DNA of 64,000 bases from an uncultured Spirochaetota bacterium (lineage in GTDB: Bacteria > Spirochaetota > Spirochaetia > SZUA-6 > CAVTHK01). Below, in pieces: positions 35,729 through 50,379 of the stretch. A model generated the notes under the pieces. It was not told the DNA's origin. It saw only the letters and a list, made by a program, of their open reading frames with translations, and ran no database searches. The position numbers were made by a program, and so were the translations under genes. Each line of letters starts with the position of its first letter. The stretch's first letter is position 1. The DNA lies in contig CAVTHK010000003.1 in NCBI GenBank assembly GCA_963734495.1, positions 1 to 64,000 on the forward strand. Reading direction: 5' to 3'.

Positions 35729-35811
35729 CTTTTGAAGGAGGGGTGGCCGGAGTACTATGCTATTAAAAGAGTTGCAATGCACTGTACCGGCCGGGGTGGT
35801 TGATTTGATAT

Positions 35812-35999
35812 TCATATTGATGCTTTTTTATGCTTTTCATTATTGATAACTTTCCTTATCTCATTTTTTAAGTATTGAGGGTCTTTAAACACAAATCTGT
35901 TTTCAAACCTTAATACTGTGAATCCTAAGTAGACCTGTTCCTGAGAGATGATCTGAAGGATTTAAGGCCTTTTATGTTGAAGAGATTTTTGTCTTTCAT
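35812..35999 (-). pseudogene. Internally deleted DUF559 endonuclease gene
   Basis: Manual translation: MKDKNLFNIKGLKSFRSSLRNRST joined out of frame to LGFTVLRFENRFVFKDPQYLKNEIRKVINNEKHKKASI*; these match the N- and C-termini of DUF559 proteins, and the central core is missing. Confidence 0.7.
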
Positions 36000-36316
36000 A
36001 GATATGAAGGTAAGAAAAAGAAATAAATCAACCACCCCGGCCGGGAAATAAACTTTGTAAACATAAGATAATCAATTGTCCCGGCGCCTTCCCTGCAGCC
36101 TGGCTCCTCCCTAAAATTGCCCACTGGGCAATTTCTTAACGGTCAGCCCCCTTCAAAAGGAGGGGAAACTTTTTCTAATCTACCCGTTTTAATAATACCC
36201 TTAAGTTGACGGCTATGCCCCCTGCCCCCTCTCTGCTGGCGCAAAGAGGGGGTAAGAACGCTGTGAAAATAGTTCTGGTTAGCCAAACTGGCTGATGTAA
36301 CAATTATAAATTAACA

Positions 36317-36712
36317 TTGATGTCATTAAGAACCTATAATCGGTTAAAGTCAATAAGGTCCCTTGCGAGAGGATTAAGGAAAGAGGCAACTGAATCTGAA
36401 AAACTTTTATGGAAGAGGCTCAGAAACAGACGACTTGCATGCTATAAATTTCTACGTCAGCACCCTGTGATATATAAATCAGATTACACTGGAATGCAAT
36501 TCTTTATTGCAGATTTTTATTGCCACGCTAAAAGAACAGTAATTGAGATAGATGGTCAGGTTCATCTGGAACAGCAGGAATATGATCAGTTCCGGGACGA
36601 AGTTATGGCCGAAAAGGGACTGCATATTTTAAGAATTAAAAATGAGGGGTTATCAGATATGGAAAAGGTCCTTGAAAAAATCGAATCATTTTTGGATTCC
36701 GTCTCTTCATAA
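36317..36712 (+). CDS. DUF559 (Vsr/very-short-patch-repair-like PD-(D/E)XK) endonuclease
   Basis: ARGLRKEATESEKLLWKRLRNRRL, KFLRQHP, FIADFYC, VIEIDGQVH, YDQFRD, LHILRIKN. Confidence 0.88.
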   Translation: MMSLRTYNRLKSIRSLARGLRKEATESEKLLWKRLRNRRLACYKFLRQHPVIYKSDYTGMQFFIADFYCHAKRTVIEIDGQVHLEQQEYDQFRDEVMAEKGLHILRIKNEGLSDMEKVLEKIESFLDSVSS

Positions 36713-37001
36713 CAATATATTAATCAGCCATGTATCCCCCTCTTTGCGTCAGCAGAGAGGGGGATTAAGGGGGTGAGTTCGTTGGACTTAAAGGGATTAA
36801 GGGGGTGAGTCCGTTGATCCCGAAGCCTTATTTGGCTGATCCGTTAAAAATTGTAAATTATTTGGAAACAGTCTTATTATTTCGTAATTTTAATACACAG
36901 AAAACCAAAAAGGGATAAACAGAATTTAATAATCTATTATAAAAAAGAGCATCATGATTAATTTTAATCCATAAAAGTTTTGAAAAGAATTTTTCTATTT
37001 C

Positions 37002-37009
37002 TAACTTTG
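37002..37009 (+). promoter_or_regulatory. Bacteroidota -7 promoter box for rpsU
   Basis: TAACTTTG 30 nt upstream of the rpsU ATG, with TTTG upstream at ~36979. Confidence 0.65.
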
Positions 37010-37038
37010 CGCCTCGTTTAAAAACAGAATTTTAGATT

Positions 37039-37230
37039 ATGATTATTGTACCATTAAAAGAAGGCGAGAATATTGAACGGGCATTAAAGAAGTTCAAGAG
37101 AAAGTTTGAAAAGACTGGAGTAATTCGTGAACTAAGGTCACGTCAGGCTTTTATTAAGCCTTCAGTACGCCGGAGAGAAGAGATCAAGAAGGCTATGTAC
37201 GTTCAGAAGCTGCAGGAAACCGAAGAGTAA
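37039..37230 (+). CDS. rpsU: 30S ribosomal protein S21
   Basis: MIIVPLKEGENIERALKKFKRKFEKTGVIRELRSRQAFIKPSV. Confidence 0.96.
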   Translation: MIIVPLKEGENIERALKKFKRKFEKTGVIRELRSRQAFIKPSVRRREEIKKAMYVQKLQETEE

Positions 37231-37284
37231 TTCGGTTGTCCGTGCTCTCATTTATTATTAACAAACAGATACGGGGGTTCCTTC

Positions 37285-38175
37285 ATGAGTTATAAGGAAT
37301 CGTTCTTACAATATCTGCAAATCGAAAAGCGGTATTCACCTCATACTGTCAGGTCTTATTTGAATGATCTGGATCAGTTTTTTTTGTTTTTAACCTCGCA
37401 GGGACAGCCTGCATGATCCGTTTCTGTGACTTCCCATGATATCAGGGCATGGGTGGTCAGCATGCTCGACGGCAACTATTCTGCGGTAAGCGTTCACAGG
37501 AAGATCTCCTGTCTGAGGGTTTTCTACCGTTATCTGAGAAAAGAGGGTGTCATGAAGAGTGATCCGCTTGAAAAGGTGTCCCTGCCAAAAAGGAAAAAGA
37601 GTCTTCCGGTGTTTGTTGAGGAGGGTGCTCTCGATGAATTGCTTGACAATTACAGTTTTGGTGATGATTTTGCAGGCATAAGGAACAGGACAATAATTGA
37701 GATGCTTTATCTGACAGGGATGAGGAGGGCAGAGCTGATTGGTCTCAGGAACAGCGGATGTTGACCTGGCTGAAGGTTCCGTAAAGGTGACCGGAAAAAG
37801 GAACAAGCAGCGGATCATACCTGTTGTGAAGCCGTTTATGGAAAGGCTTAAGGAATATATTAGCCCTGAGGGATAAGGAGATACGCATCAGCGTCTGAAG
37901 GCTGGTTTTTTGTCACCGATCGAGGGAACAAGTTGTATGATAAATATGTTTATAATGTAGTTAACAGGTATCTCGCGATGGTAACTACGATAGAGAAAAA
38001 GAGCCCTCATATACTAAGGCACACTTTTGCCACACACATGCTCAACAGGGGCGCTGATCTGAATTCGATAAAGGAGTTGCTGGGTCATGCAAATCTTTCT
38101 GCGACACAGATTTATACTCATAATACATTTGAGAAACTCAAGAAAATATATAAACAGGCTCATCCGAGAGCTTAA
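37285..38175 (+). CDS. xerC: Tyrosine recombinase XerC-like; frameshifted
   Basis: [58 protein letters not shown]; conserved rpsU-xerC-hpf order. Confidence 0.85.
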
Positions 38176-38204
38176 ATATTAATCAAAAAAGAGGAGGAAC
38201 TACT

Positions 38205-38505
38205 ATGAACATTCAGATTCATTCAGTTAGGTTTGATGCTGACAAGAAGCTAATCGACTTTGTTCATCAGAAACTGGATAAACTTGCCCAGTTTGGTGAG
38301 GATATTGTAAATGCCGAGGTATATCTCAGGCTTGACAAGGATCAGGATCGTGAAAATAAAATCAGCGAAATTAAGGTGGAGATATCGGGTAGTTCCTTAT
38401 TTGCAAAGAAGCAGAGTAAAACGTTTGAAGAGGCGACTGATGAGGCTATTGATGCTCTTAAGACAGCAGATAACCAGGTATAAGCAAAAGAAGAGAGGTA
38501 TCTGA
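38205..38505 (+). CDS. hpf: Ribosome hibernation factor HPF/RaiA; C-terminal frameshift
   Basis: MNIQIHSVRFDADKKL, ENKISEIK, LFAKKQSKTFEEA. Confidence 0.88.
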
Positions 38506-38560
38506 AAAATCTCCTTACAAAAATACCTTGATTTATTTTGAATAATAAAATTTAAATTCA

Positions 38561-38568
38561 TACATTTG
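38561..38568 (+). promoter_or_regulatory. Bacteroidota -7 promoter box for the tRNA-tuf operon
   Basis: TACATTTG about 50 nt before tRNA-Thr, with TTTG at ~38537. Confidence 0.65.
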
Positions 38569-38619
38569 CAAACCGTTTTTTGAGGGTTTTTTATGCTCTT
38601 CCGGTGCGTTCTTTAAATT

Positions 38620-38693
38620 GCCGATGTAGCTCAGTTGGCCAGAGCAGCTGATTTGTAATCTGCAGGTCGGGGGTTCGAATCCCTTCATCGGCT
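38620..38693 (+). tRNA. tRNA-Thr(TGT)
   Basis: GCCGATG..TAGCTCAGTTGG..TT TGT AA..GGTTCGAATCC..CATCGGC; one U-U mismatch in the anticodon stem. Confidence 0.92.
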
Positions 38694-38742
38694 CTTGAAA
38701 GACTTGTAAAAGTGTGTCTTAAGAGTACGACTCTGTTTTATT

Positions 38743-38825
38743 GGGGAGATACCAAAGCGGCCAACTGGGGCAGACTGTAAATCTGCTGGCAAATGCCTTC
38801 GTAGGTTCGAATCCTGCTCTCCCCA
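38743..38825 (+). tRNA. tRNA-Tyr(GTA)
   Basis: GGGGAGA..GCAGA CT GTA AA TCTGC, long variable arm, GGTTCGAATCC..TCTCCCC. Confidence 0.95.
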
Positions 38826-38894
38826 CATAAAACAGGATTAACCCGGCAGCAAGGCTGGAATAATTGAAGGAGAGGCTCTTTTGGACGATATTAA

Positions 38895-38967
38895 GCGGGA
38901 GTAGCTCAGTTGGTAGAGCATTAGCCTTCCAAGCTAAGGGTCGCGGTTTCGAGTACCGTCTCCCGCT
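38895..38967 (+). tRNA. tRNA-Gly(TCC)
   Basis: GCGGGAG..TTAGC CT TCC AA GCTAA..TTCGAG..CTCCCGC. Confidence 0.95.
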
Positions 38968-38978
38968 CACTTTTTGAG

Positions 38979-39050
38979 GCCAGAGTAGCTCAGGGGTAGA
39001 GCACTTCCTTGGTAAGGAAGGGGTCGGGGGTTCAATTCCCCCCTCCGGCT
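38979..39050 (+). tRNA. tRNA-Thr(GGT)
   Basis: GCCAGAG..CTTCC TT GGT AA GGAAG..GGTTCAATTCC..CTCCGGC. Confidence 0.93.
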
Positions 39051-39110
39051 CAACAGGAAAAAATGATTATGATTGATTATAGATAAACTAAATTTAATAC
39101 GCTTGGAGTT

Positions 39111-40298
39111 ATGGCAAAAGAAAAATTTGACAGGTCGAAACCGCATGTAAATATTGGTACAATTGGTCACGTTGACCATGGAAAAACCACTTTGACGGCA
39201 GCGATCACTATGGTCCTTGCCAAAAGAGGCCTCTCTGAGGTCAGGGATTTTGACTCAATTGATAATGCACCTGAAGAAAAGGAAAGGGGTATTACCATTA
39301 ACACTGCTCACGTTGAATATCAGACTGCGACACGTCACTATGCACACGTTGACTGCCCGGGTCACGCTGACTATATCAAGAATATGGTTACAGGTGCTGC
39401 CCAGATGGACGGTGCAATTCTTGTGGTTGCCGCTGATGACGGTCCAATGCCTCAGACACGTGAACATATCCTTCTTGCACACCAGGTTAACGTACCAACA
39501 GTGCTTGTATTCATGAATAAAGTTGATATGGTTGACGATGAAGAGCTTCTTGAGCTTGTTGAGATGGAGGTTCGTGATCTTCTTAATTTCTATAAATTTG
39601 ACGGCGACAATGCTCCTGTTATCCGTGGTTCTGCTCTTGGTGCAATGCACGGTGAAGCAAAATGGGAAGAAAAAGTTATGGAGCTTATGAATGCTGTTGA
39701 TTCATATATTCCTATTCCTCCGCGTGAAAATGAAAAGCCTTTCCTTATGCCGGTTGAAGACGTATTTTCAATCACCGGCCGTGGTACTGTTGCAACAGGA
39801 CGTATCGAAACAGGTGTTGTTCTTACAGGTGATGAACTTGAACTGATCGGACTCGGTGCTACCAAGCGTAAATCAGTATGTACAGGTGTTGAGATGTTCC
39901 GTAAGATCCTTGACAGGGGTGAAGCTGGCGACAACGTTGGTCTGCTTCTCCGCGGTGTTGACAAGAAAGAGATTAAAAGGGGAATGGTACTTGCCAAACC
40001 AGGTTCAATCACACCTCATACAAAAATCAAGGCTGAGGTTTATGTTCTTAAGAAAGAAGAAGGCGGACGCCATACTCCATTCCATAATAAATACCGTCCT
40101 CAGTTCTACGTAAGGACACTTGATATTACTGGTGAGATCACTCTTCCTGAAGGAACAGAAATGGTTATGCCTGGTGATAATGTTACAATTACAGTTGATC
40201 TTATCTATCCGGTTGCTATCAATGTTGGACTTCGTTTTGCTATCCGCGAAGGCGGCAGAACAGTTGGTGCCGGCCAGGTGACTGAAATTCTGGAATAA
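39111..40298 (+). CDS. tuf: Elongation factor Tu
   Basis: [49 protein letters not shown]. Confidence 0.99.
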   Translation: MAKEKFDRSKPHVNIGTIGHVDHGKTTLTAAITMVLAKRGLSEVRDFDSIDNAPEEKERGITINTAHVEYQTATRHYAHVDCPGHADYIKNMVTGAAQMDGAILVVAADDGPMPQTREHILLAHQVNVPTVLVFMNKVDMVDDEELLELVEMEVRDLLNFYKFDGDNAPVIRGSALGAMHGEAKWEEKVMELMNAVDSYIPIPPRENEKPFLMPVEDVFSITGRGTVATGRIETGVVLTGDELELIGLGATKRKSVCTGVEMFRKILDRGEAGDNVGLLLRGVDKKEIKRGMVLAKPGSITPHTKIKAEVYVLKKEEGGRHTPFHNKYRPQFYVRTLDITGEITLPEGTEMVMPGDNVTITVDLIYPVAINVGLRFAIREGGRTVGAGQVTEILE

Positions 40299-40320
40299 TA
40301 GGTTTTGGGGATATACCGCT

Positions 40321-40346
40321 AGCGTCACGGTACCGACCGTGACGCT
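40321..40346. repeat. Perfect 11-bp-stem hairpin between tuf and tRNA-Trp (REP-like or processing hairpin)
   Basis: AGCGTCACGGT-ACCG-ACCGTGACGCT; no U-tract on either side. Confidence 0.55.
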
Positions 40347-40355
40347 GCAACATAA

Positions 40356-40428
40356 ACGGGTGTAGCTCAGTTGGTAGAGCACTGGTCTCCAAAACCAGGT
40401 GTCGGGAGTTCGAGTCTCTCCTCCCGTG
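40356..40428 (+). tRNA. tRNA-Trp(CCA)
   Basis: ACGGGTG..CTGGT CT CCA AA ACCAG..GTTCGAG..CTCCCGT; typical position before secE. Confidence 0.95.
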
Positions 40429-40444
40429 CTAAATTACTAGTAAT

Positions 40445-40636
40445 ATGAATATAAAAGGATATTTTCAGGAATCATACACAGAACTCATGCACAAGGTAAC
40501 CTGGCCTACATGGAGCGAGCTTCAGAACAGCGCTGTTCTGGTTATGGTGGCTTCTCTGATCTTTGCTCTTATTGTAGCAGGCATGGATTTTATCTTTAGC
40601 AGGGCAATGCAATTTATTTACAGTTTGTTATACTAA
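40445..40636 (+). CDS. secE: Preprotein translocase subunit SecE
   Basis: ELMHKVTWPTWSEL plus one TM; synteny. Confidence 0.95.
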   Translation: MNIKGYFQESYTELMHKVTWPTWSELQNSAVLVMVASLIFALIVAGMDFIFSRAMQFIYSLLY

Positions 40637-40651
40637 CAGGAGAAGATTGCA

Positions 40652-41201
40652 ATGAGTGAGAATATAAAAAGGTGGTATGTGCTTAAGAGCTATCGGCGGG
40701 AAGGAAAAAAAGGTAAAGGAATATATCGATAGTGAAGTTGCACGCCTTAAACTTGAGGAGTATGTCTCACAGGTTCTTATCCCTACCGAAAAGGTTTATC
40801 AGATAAGGGCAGGCAAAAAAATAAGCAAGGAAAGAACATTCTTTCCCGGCTATGTTCTTGTAGAAGCTGTCCTTGTAGGAGAGATTCCGCATCTTCTCAG
40901 AAATGTTCCGAATGTTATCGGATTTCTGGGATCGCAGGATGGAGAACCGGTACCGCTCAGAAAGCCTGAGATAAACCGTATTCTCGGAAAAGTTGATGAG
41001 CTGAATGCAAGCGATGAGGAGCTGAATGTCCCATTCTTCGTAGGCGAATCGGTGAAAGTTATAGATGGTCCGTTCAACAGTTTTACAGGAATAATTGAAG
41101 AGGTGAATGATGAAAAGAAAAAGCTCAAGGTGATGGTTAAGATTTTCGGCAGAAAAACACCTCTTGAGCTTAGTTTTATGCAGGTGGAAAAAGAGAATTA
41201 A
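40652..41201 (+). CDS. nusG: Transcription termination/antitermination factor NusG; frameshift near the start
   Basis: KRWYV start at 40652, [35 protein letters not shown]. Confidence 0.96.
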
Positions 41202-41284
41202 CAGAAGATATTGATAGTTGTAATATTCATAATGCTTCCTGAATAACTATCAAGCTCTCGCAATAAATAAGCAAATTTAAAATT

Positions 41285-41725
41285 ATGGCAAAAGAAGTTG
41301 CTGGACTAATCAAGTTACAGATTCGTGGCGGAGGAGCCAATCCATCTCCACCTGTAGGACCCGCACTGGGTTCGAAAGGTGTGAATATTATGGATTTCTG
41401 TAAGCAATTTAATGCGAGGACTCAGGACAAGGCTGGAAAAGTAATACCGGTTGTTATTACGGTTTATGCAGATAAATCGTTCGATTTTGTTACAAAAACA
41501 CCACCGGTTGCCGTACAGCTTCTTGAGGTTGCTAAAGCTAAGAAAGGTTCTCAGGAACCTAACAGAGACAAGGTAGCATCTATTTCCTGGGACCAGGTCA
41601 AAACAATTGCTGCAGATAAAATGGAGGACCTGAACTGTTTTACAGTTGAGTCCGCTATGCGAATGGTAGCTGGAACAGCCAGAAGTATGGGAATCACCGT
41701 CAGAGGAGAATTCCCGGTAAAATAA
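41285..41725 (+). CDS. rplK: 50S ribosomal protein L11
   Basis: [28 protein letters not shown]. Confidence 0.98.
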   Translation: MAKEVAGLIKLQIRGGGANPSPPVGPALGSKGVNIMDFCKQFNARTQDKAGKVIPVVITVYADKSFDFVTKTPPVAVQLLEVAKAKKGSQEPNRDKVASISWDQVKTIAADKMEDLNCFTVESAMRMVAGTARSMGITVRGEFPVK

Positions 41726-41741
41726 TTAATTAGGAGAAAAA

Positions 41742-42437
41742 ATGACTAAACTTACCAAAAACCAGAAGTCTGCTCTTGAAAAACTCGACAAGGACAGGCT
41801 TTATACATTGAAAGAGGCTTCCTCTCTGGTTAAGGATATGACCAAAACCAAATTTGATGCTTCTGTCGATTTAGATGTAAGGTTAGGAATAGATCCAAGG
41901 AAATCCAATCAGATGGTTCGCGGCGTTGTATCACTTCCTCATGGAACAGGTAAAGAGACACGTGTACTCGTTCTCTGCACCCCCGATAAGGAGGCTGAAG
42001 CAAAGGAAGCCGGAGCCGATTTCGTTGGTCTTGACGATTTTGTCGAAAAGATCAAGGGCGGTTGGACAGATATGGATGTTATTATAACCATGCCATCTGT
42101 TATGGGAAAGGTCGGTCAGTTAGGTCGGATACTCGGTCCGCGCGGACTGATGCCGAACCCGAAAAGTGGTACTGTTACCATGGAAATTGGTAAGGCTGTT
42201 AAAGAAGTGAAGCAGGGTAAGATTGATTTCAAGGTTGATAAAACAGGAATCATTCACGCCTCTATCGGAAAAGTCTCATTTGAGCCTCAGAAGATCGTCG
42301 AAAATGCCAGGGAGTTTATCTCTATTGTAAACAAACTTAAACCGGCTGCTGCAAAAGGAACCTACATCCGTAGCGTATTCCTTTCAAGCACTATGAGTCC
42401 GGGAGTTAAGATCGATCCAAAAGGTCTTGATGATTAA
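41742..42437 (+). CDS. rplA: 50S ribosomal protein L1
   Basis: [41 protein letters not shown]. Confidence 0.98.
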   Translation: MTKLTKNQKSALEKLDKDRLYTLKEASSLVKDMTKTKFDASVDLDVRLGIDPRKSNQMVRGVVSLPHGTGKETRVLVLCTPDKEAEAKEAGADFVGLDDFVEKIKGGWTDMDVIITMPSVMGKVGQLGRILGPRGLMPNPKSGTVTMEIGKAVKEVKQGKIDFKVDKTGIIHASIGKVSFEPQKIVENAREFISIVNKLKPAAAKGTYIRSVFLSSTMSPGVKIDPKGLDD

Positions 42438-42465
42438 TTAGTTATGTTAAATACTTGAAAGAAAA

Positions 42466-42988
42466 ATGAGACGGGAAGAAAAAAATGCTATCATAGACAG
42501 CCTTGCTGAGAGATTCAAAGAGTACAGTCACTTTTATCTGACTGATACTGCTCAGCTTAATGCAGCTGATACAAGTGACCTGAGAAGAAAATGCTTTGAC
42601 AACGATATTAAACTTGTCGTTGTAAAAAACACCCTCCTCAAAAGAGCACTTGAGCAGTCTGAAGTGAACTTTGAAGAACTTTATCCGGTTCTTAAAGGTA
42701 CTACGTCCATCATGTTTACACAATCCGGAAATTCTCCTGCAAAGCTTATTAAGGAATTCCGCAGAAAACATGATAAACCTGTGCTTAAAGGCGCATACGT
42801 TCAGGAATCAGTGTATGTCGGCGATAATATGCTCGACTGCACTTATTTCAGTGAAAACTAAACAGGAACTCATAGGAGATGTTATCATGCTCCTGCAGTC
42901 ACCTGCCAAAAACGTTATTTCAGCCCTGCAATCAGGTGGAACTAAAATTCATGGTGTTCTTGAAACACTATCAAAAAGAGAAGAATAA
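42466..42988 (+). CDS. rplJ: 50S ribosomal protein L10; one frameshift
   Basis: LRRKCF, VVKNTL, LKGAYV; C-terminus in ORF 42671-42988; synteny. Confidence 0.95.
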
Positions 42989-43019
42989 TTAAAGTATAAT
43001 CAATTAAAAATCAATAAAA

Positions 43020-43397
43020 ATGGCAGATCTTAAGAAATTTGCAGAAGAACTTGTTAACCTGTCTGTAAAAGAAGTAAACGAACTGGCTAAAATACTTAAA
43101 GATGAGTATGGCATCGAACCTGCAGCCGCAGCTGTTGCTGTTGCCGGACCAGCTGCAAGTAGCGAAGCTGCTGCTGTTGAAGAAAAATCATCATTCGACG
43201 TTATCCTCAAGGCAGCTGGCGGACAGAAATTACAGATTGTTAAACTCGTGAAAGATATCACCGGACTCGGACTGAAAGAAGCCAAGGCAGTAGTTGATGC
43301 TGCTCCTTCTCCGGTTAAGGAAGGTGTTTCAAAAGATGAAGCTGAAGCAATAAAAAGTCAATTAGTAGAAGCAGGAGCTGAAGTTGAACTTAAATAA
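43020..43397 (+). CDS. rplL: 50S ribosomal protein L7/L12
   Basis: [27 protein letters not shown]. Confidence 0.98.
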   Translation: MADLKKFAEELVNLSVKEVNELAKILKDEYGIEPAAAAVAVAGPAASSEAAAVEEKSSFDVILKAAGGQKLQIVKLVKDITGLGLKEAKAVVDAAPSPVKEGVSKDEAEAIKSQLVEAGAEVELK

Positions 43398-43420
43398 GTT
43401 ATACCTGATTGCTGGGTTAT

Positions 43421-43456
43421 AGGTTTAGTCCCGATTTCACGGGACTAAGCCTTTTT
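43421..43456 (+). terminator. Intrinsic terminator/attenuator between rplL and rpoB
   Basis: AGGTTTAGTCCCG-ATTTCA-CGGGACTAAGCCT followed by a T-run. Confidence 0.8.
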
Positions 43457-43493
43457 GTTCTTTAAATTATAAGTTCACTTAATCTTTTAATAA

Positions 43494-50379
<6,886 letters not shown>

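Larger units (their letters stand above)
34674..36217. mobile_element. Non-autonomous element with terminal inverted repeats and 10-bp flanking direct repeat
   Basis: GATAGCCGTCAACCTAAGG ... CCTTAAGTTGACGGCTATG; CCCCCTGCCC at 34664-34673 and 36218-36227. Confidence 0.75.
34620..36815. mobile_element. Outer hairpin-inverted-repeat-bounded DUF559 cassette containing nested insertions
   Basis: Ends AACGGAGTCACCCC (34620) / GGGGTGAGTCCGTT (36815); hairpins CCCCCTCTCTGCTGGCGCAAAGAGGGGG (36225-36252) and CCCCCTCTTTGCGTCAGCAGAGAGGGGG (36736-36763) are 27/28 inverted copies of each other. Confidence 0.65.

Noticed and set aside
38647-38663. U-U mismatch in the tRNA-Thr(TGT) anticodon stem as a recoding or pseudo-tRNA signal
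   Set aside because: A single mismatch in error-prone sequence; the rest of the cloverleaf and the gene context are normal
37285-39050. Tyrosine recombinase beside tRNA genes as an integrative element
   Set aside because: rpsU-xerC-hpf-tRNA-tuf is the normal Bacteroidota order; no duplicated tRNA 3' end or cargo is seen
38719-39179. Minus-strand ORFs over the tRNA cluster
   Set aside because: Antisense translations of tRNA genes
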